Positions 30,876 through 32,000 of a stretch of DNA of 32,000 bases are shown here, piece after piece (within the stretch, counting starts at the first letter, position 1; every line of letters starts with the position of its first letter). A program made the translations under genes and the position numbers. The stretch is from NCBI RefSeq assembly GCF_000039765.1, contig NC_004460.2, positions 120,001-152,000 of the forward strand, read 5' to 3'. The DNA comes from Vibrio vulnificus CMCP6. Lineage in GTDB: Bacteria > Pseudomonadota > Gammaproteobacteria > Enterobacterales > Vibrionaceae. The notes under the pieces are model-generated. The model was not told the origin of the DNA. It searched no databases and saw only the letters and a program-made list of their open reading frames with translations.

Positions 30876-32000
30876 TTAAAATTGCTGACTACTTGCTAAT
30901 TGTTGAGAGAAGTCGTCAGCCGGAACCGCCTTGCCATACAAAAAGCCTTGAGCGTAGTTGCATTCCTCGGTTCGAATGAAGTCTTCTTGGTATCGATCTT
31001 CTACCCCTTCCGCTATCACCATCATATTGAGTTTGTGCGCCATGGCGATGATGGCTCTTGTCAGTTCTCGATTGTGCTGATTGTGTTCCAACTGATTGAT
31101 AAAACTGCGATCAATTTTTAGCGTATCGAAAGCGTATTTTTGCAGATAACTGAGTGAAGAGTAACCGGTACCAAAGTCGTCAAGCGAGATGCTGACACCG
31201 AACTGACGCAACTGAGCGAGGACGTTTTGCGCATACTCTTCATCTTGCAGCAGAATACCTTCAGTCAGTTCCAGTTCAATGCATTTTGCTGGCAATTGGT
31301 AAAGATCAATAATGTCTTGTAAGTGTTGCACAAAGTGTCGTTCACGGAACTGGATGGGGGAGATGTTAATCGCCACTTTAAACGCGTGAGGTGATGCGCG
31401 ATGCCATGCCGCTGCTTGTTTCAATGCTTGATGTAAAACGAAGTAGCCGATTTCAATAATTTGGCCGTTACTTTCCGCTAAAGGAATAAATCGATCTGGG
31501 GAGACTTGCCCAAGCGTTGGATTATTCCATCTCAGTAGTGCTTCGGCACCGATGATTTTCCCTCCCTGTTTCAAGCAAATGATCGGCTGAAAATGCACTT
31601 CAAGTTCGTTGTTCTTCAGTGCTTCAGAGAGATGTGACTCCAGTTGCAAGCGCTCTTCTGCGGCTTTTTGTGCGGCAAAATTAAAATAAGAGACCTGCAA
31701 ACCTTCGTTTTTACCTTCGCTCATTGCAGAGCACGCTCGCTGAATAAGGCTAAATGAGTCTGTTGCATCCATCGGGGCTAATGCGACCCCTAAATGACAT
31801 TGCAAATTGACACTCATATCGTTGACGTTAAACGGTTGGGTGCACGCTTTGGTAATGCGTTCGATGACTTGTTCTTGTATCTCGGGTTTGCGCAGATGCT
31901 GCGCTGCTAAGACGAAATCCGATCCGACAATTCTTGCCAGCTTCCACTTTTTAGGCAGTTTGTGACAAATGCGTTGGCTCAGAGAGGATAAAATTTGATC
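30876..32000 (-). CDS. GGDEF(degenerate)-EAL c-di-GMP phosphodiesterase; 3' part only, the 5' end lies beyond the window end
   Basis: The track ORF starts at an internal Met (31817), but the frame stays open to base 32000. My translation upstream reads ...KLARIVGSDFVLAAQHLRKPEIQEQVIERITKACTQPFNVNDMSVNLQCHLGVALAP. This is the C-terminal half of a GGDEF domain with VGSDF in place of GGDEF/GGEEF. The EAL domain is intact (GAEALLRW, NIS, ELTE, DDFGTGYSSL, KIDRSF, EGVED, QGF). Confidence 0.85.
   Translation of the reverse strand, partial: DQILSSLSQRICHKLPKKWKLARIVGSDFVLAAQHLRKPEIQEQVIERITKACTQPFNVNDMSVNLQCHLGVALAPMDATDSFSLIQRACSAMSEGKNEGLQVSYFNFAAQKAAEERLQLESHLSEALKNNELEVHFQPIICLKQGGKIIGAEALLRWNNPTLGQVSPDRFIPLAESNGQIIEIGYFVLHQALKQAAAWHRASPHAFKVAINISPIQFRERHFVQHLQDIIDLYQLPAKCIELELTEGILLQDEEYAQNVLAQLRQFGVSISLDDFGTGYSSLSYLQKYAFDTLKIDRSFINQLEHNQHNRELTRAIIAMAHKLNMMVIAEGVEDRYQEDFIRTEECNYAQGFLYGKAVPADDFSQQLASSQQF

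Noticed and set aside
1-32000. Mobile element, prophage, integron, CRISPR-Cas or defence island
   Set aside because: I saw no integrase, transposase or recombinase ORF, no attC/VCR-like repeat array, no regularly spaced direct repeats, no tRNA gene, and no nuclease/ATPase/methylase-type defence gene pairs. The only repeat seen is the single ERIC-like element.

Overview
This window looks like a Vibrionaceae chromosome. That is an inference from gene content: a vieSAB-type three-component system, torT/torS, a haem-type fatty-acid cis/trans isomerase, an ERIC-like repeat, and yccS-helD-mgsA synteny. I can support 20 protein-coding genes. I found no rRNA, tRNA, CRISPR array, IS element, integrase or recognisable defence genes. 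Gene order is: yccS-like (partial, -), helD (+), mgsA (-), torT (-) divergent from torS (+), a 61-aa ORF (-), cti (-), a 660-bp non-coding gap, two tandem paralogous secreted coiled-coil/PEGA proteins (+; the second carries a Cys-less FGE/SUMF1-like domain), an ERIC-like repeat, cymA-like (-), a dihaem pdsA-like cytochrome (-), a ~700-bp AT-rich divergent control region, mtrC-mtrA-mtrB-like (+), dbpA (-), vieS-vieA-vieB-like (+), a small zinc-ribbon ORF (+), and a partial GGDEF(degenerate)-EAL gene (-). Two loci stand out. The first is a complete five-gene multihaem extracellular-electron-transfer module (pdsA-cymA divergent from mtrCAB) with 26 CXXCH motifs. The second is the uncharacterised tandem pair of periplasmic coiled-coil/Cys4/PEGA proteins, which is my best candidate for an undescribed envelope system. 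All calls rest on reading the supplied translations and the DNA. No database search was run.
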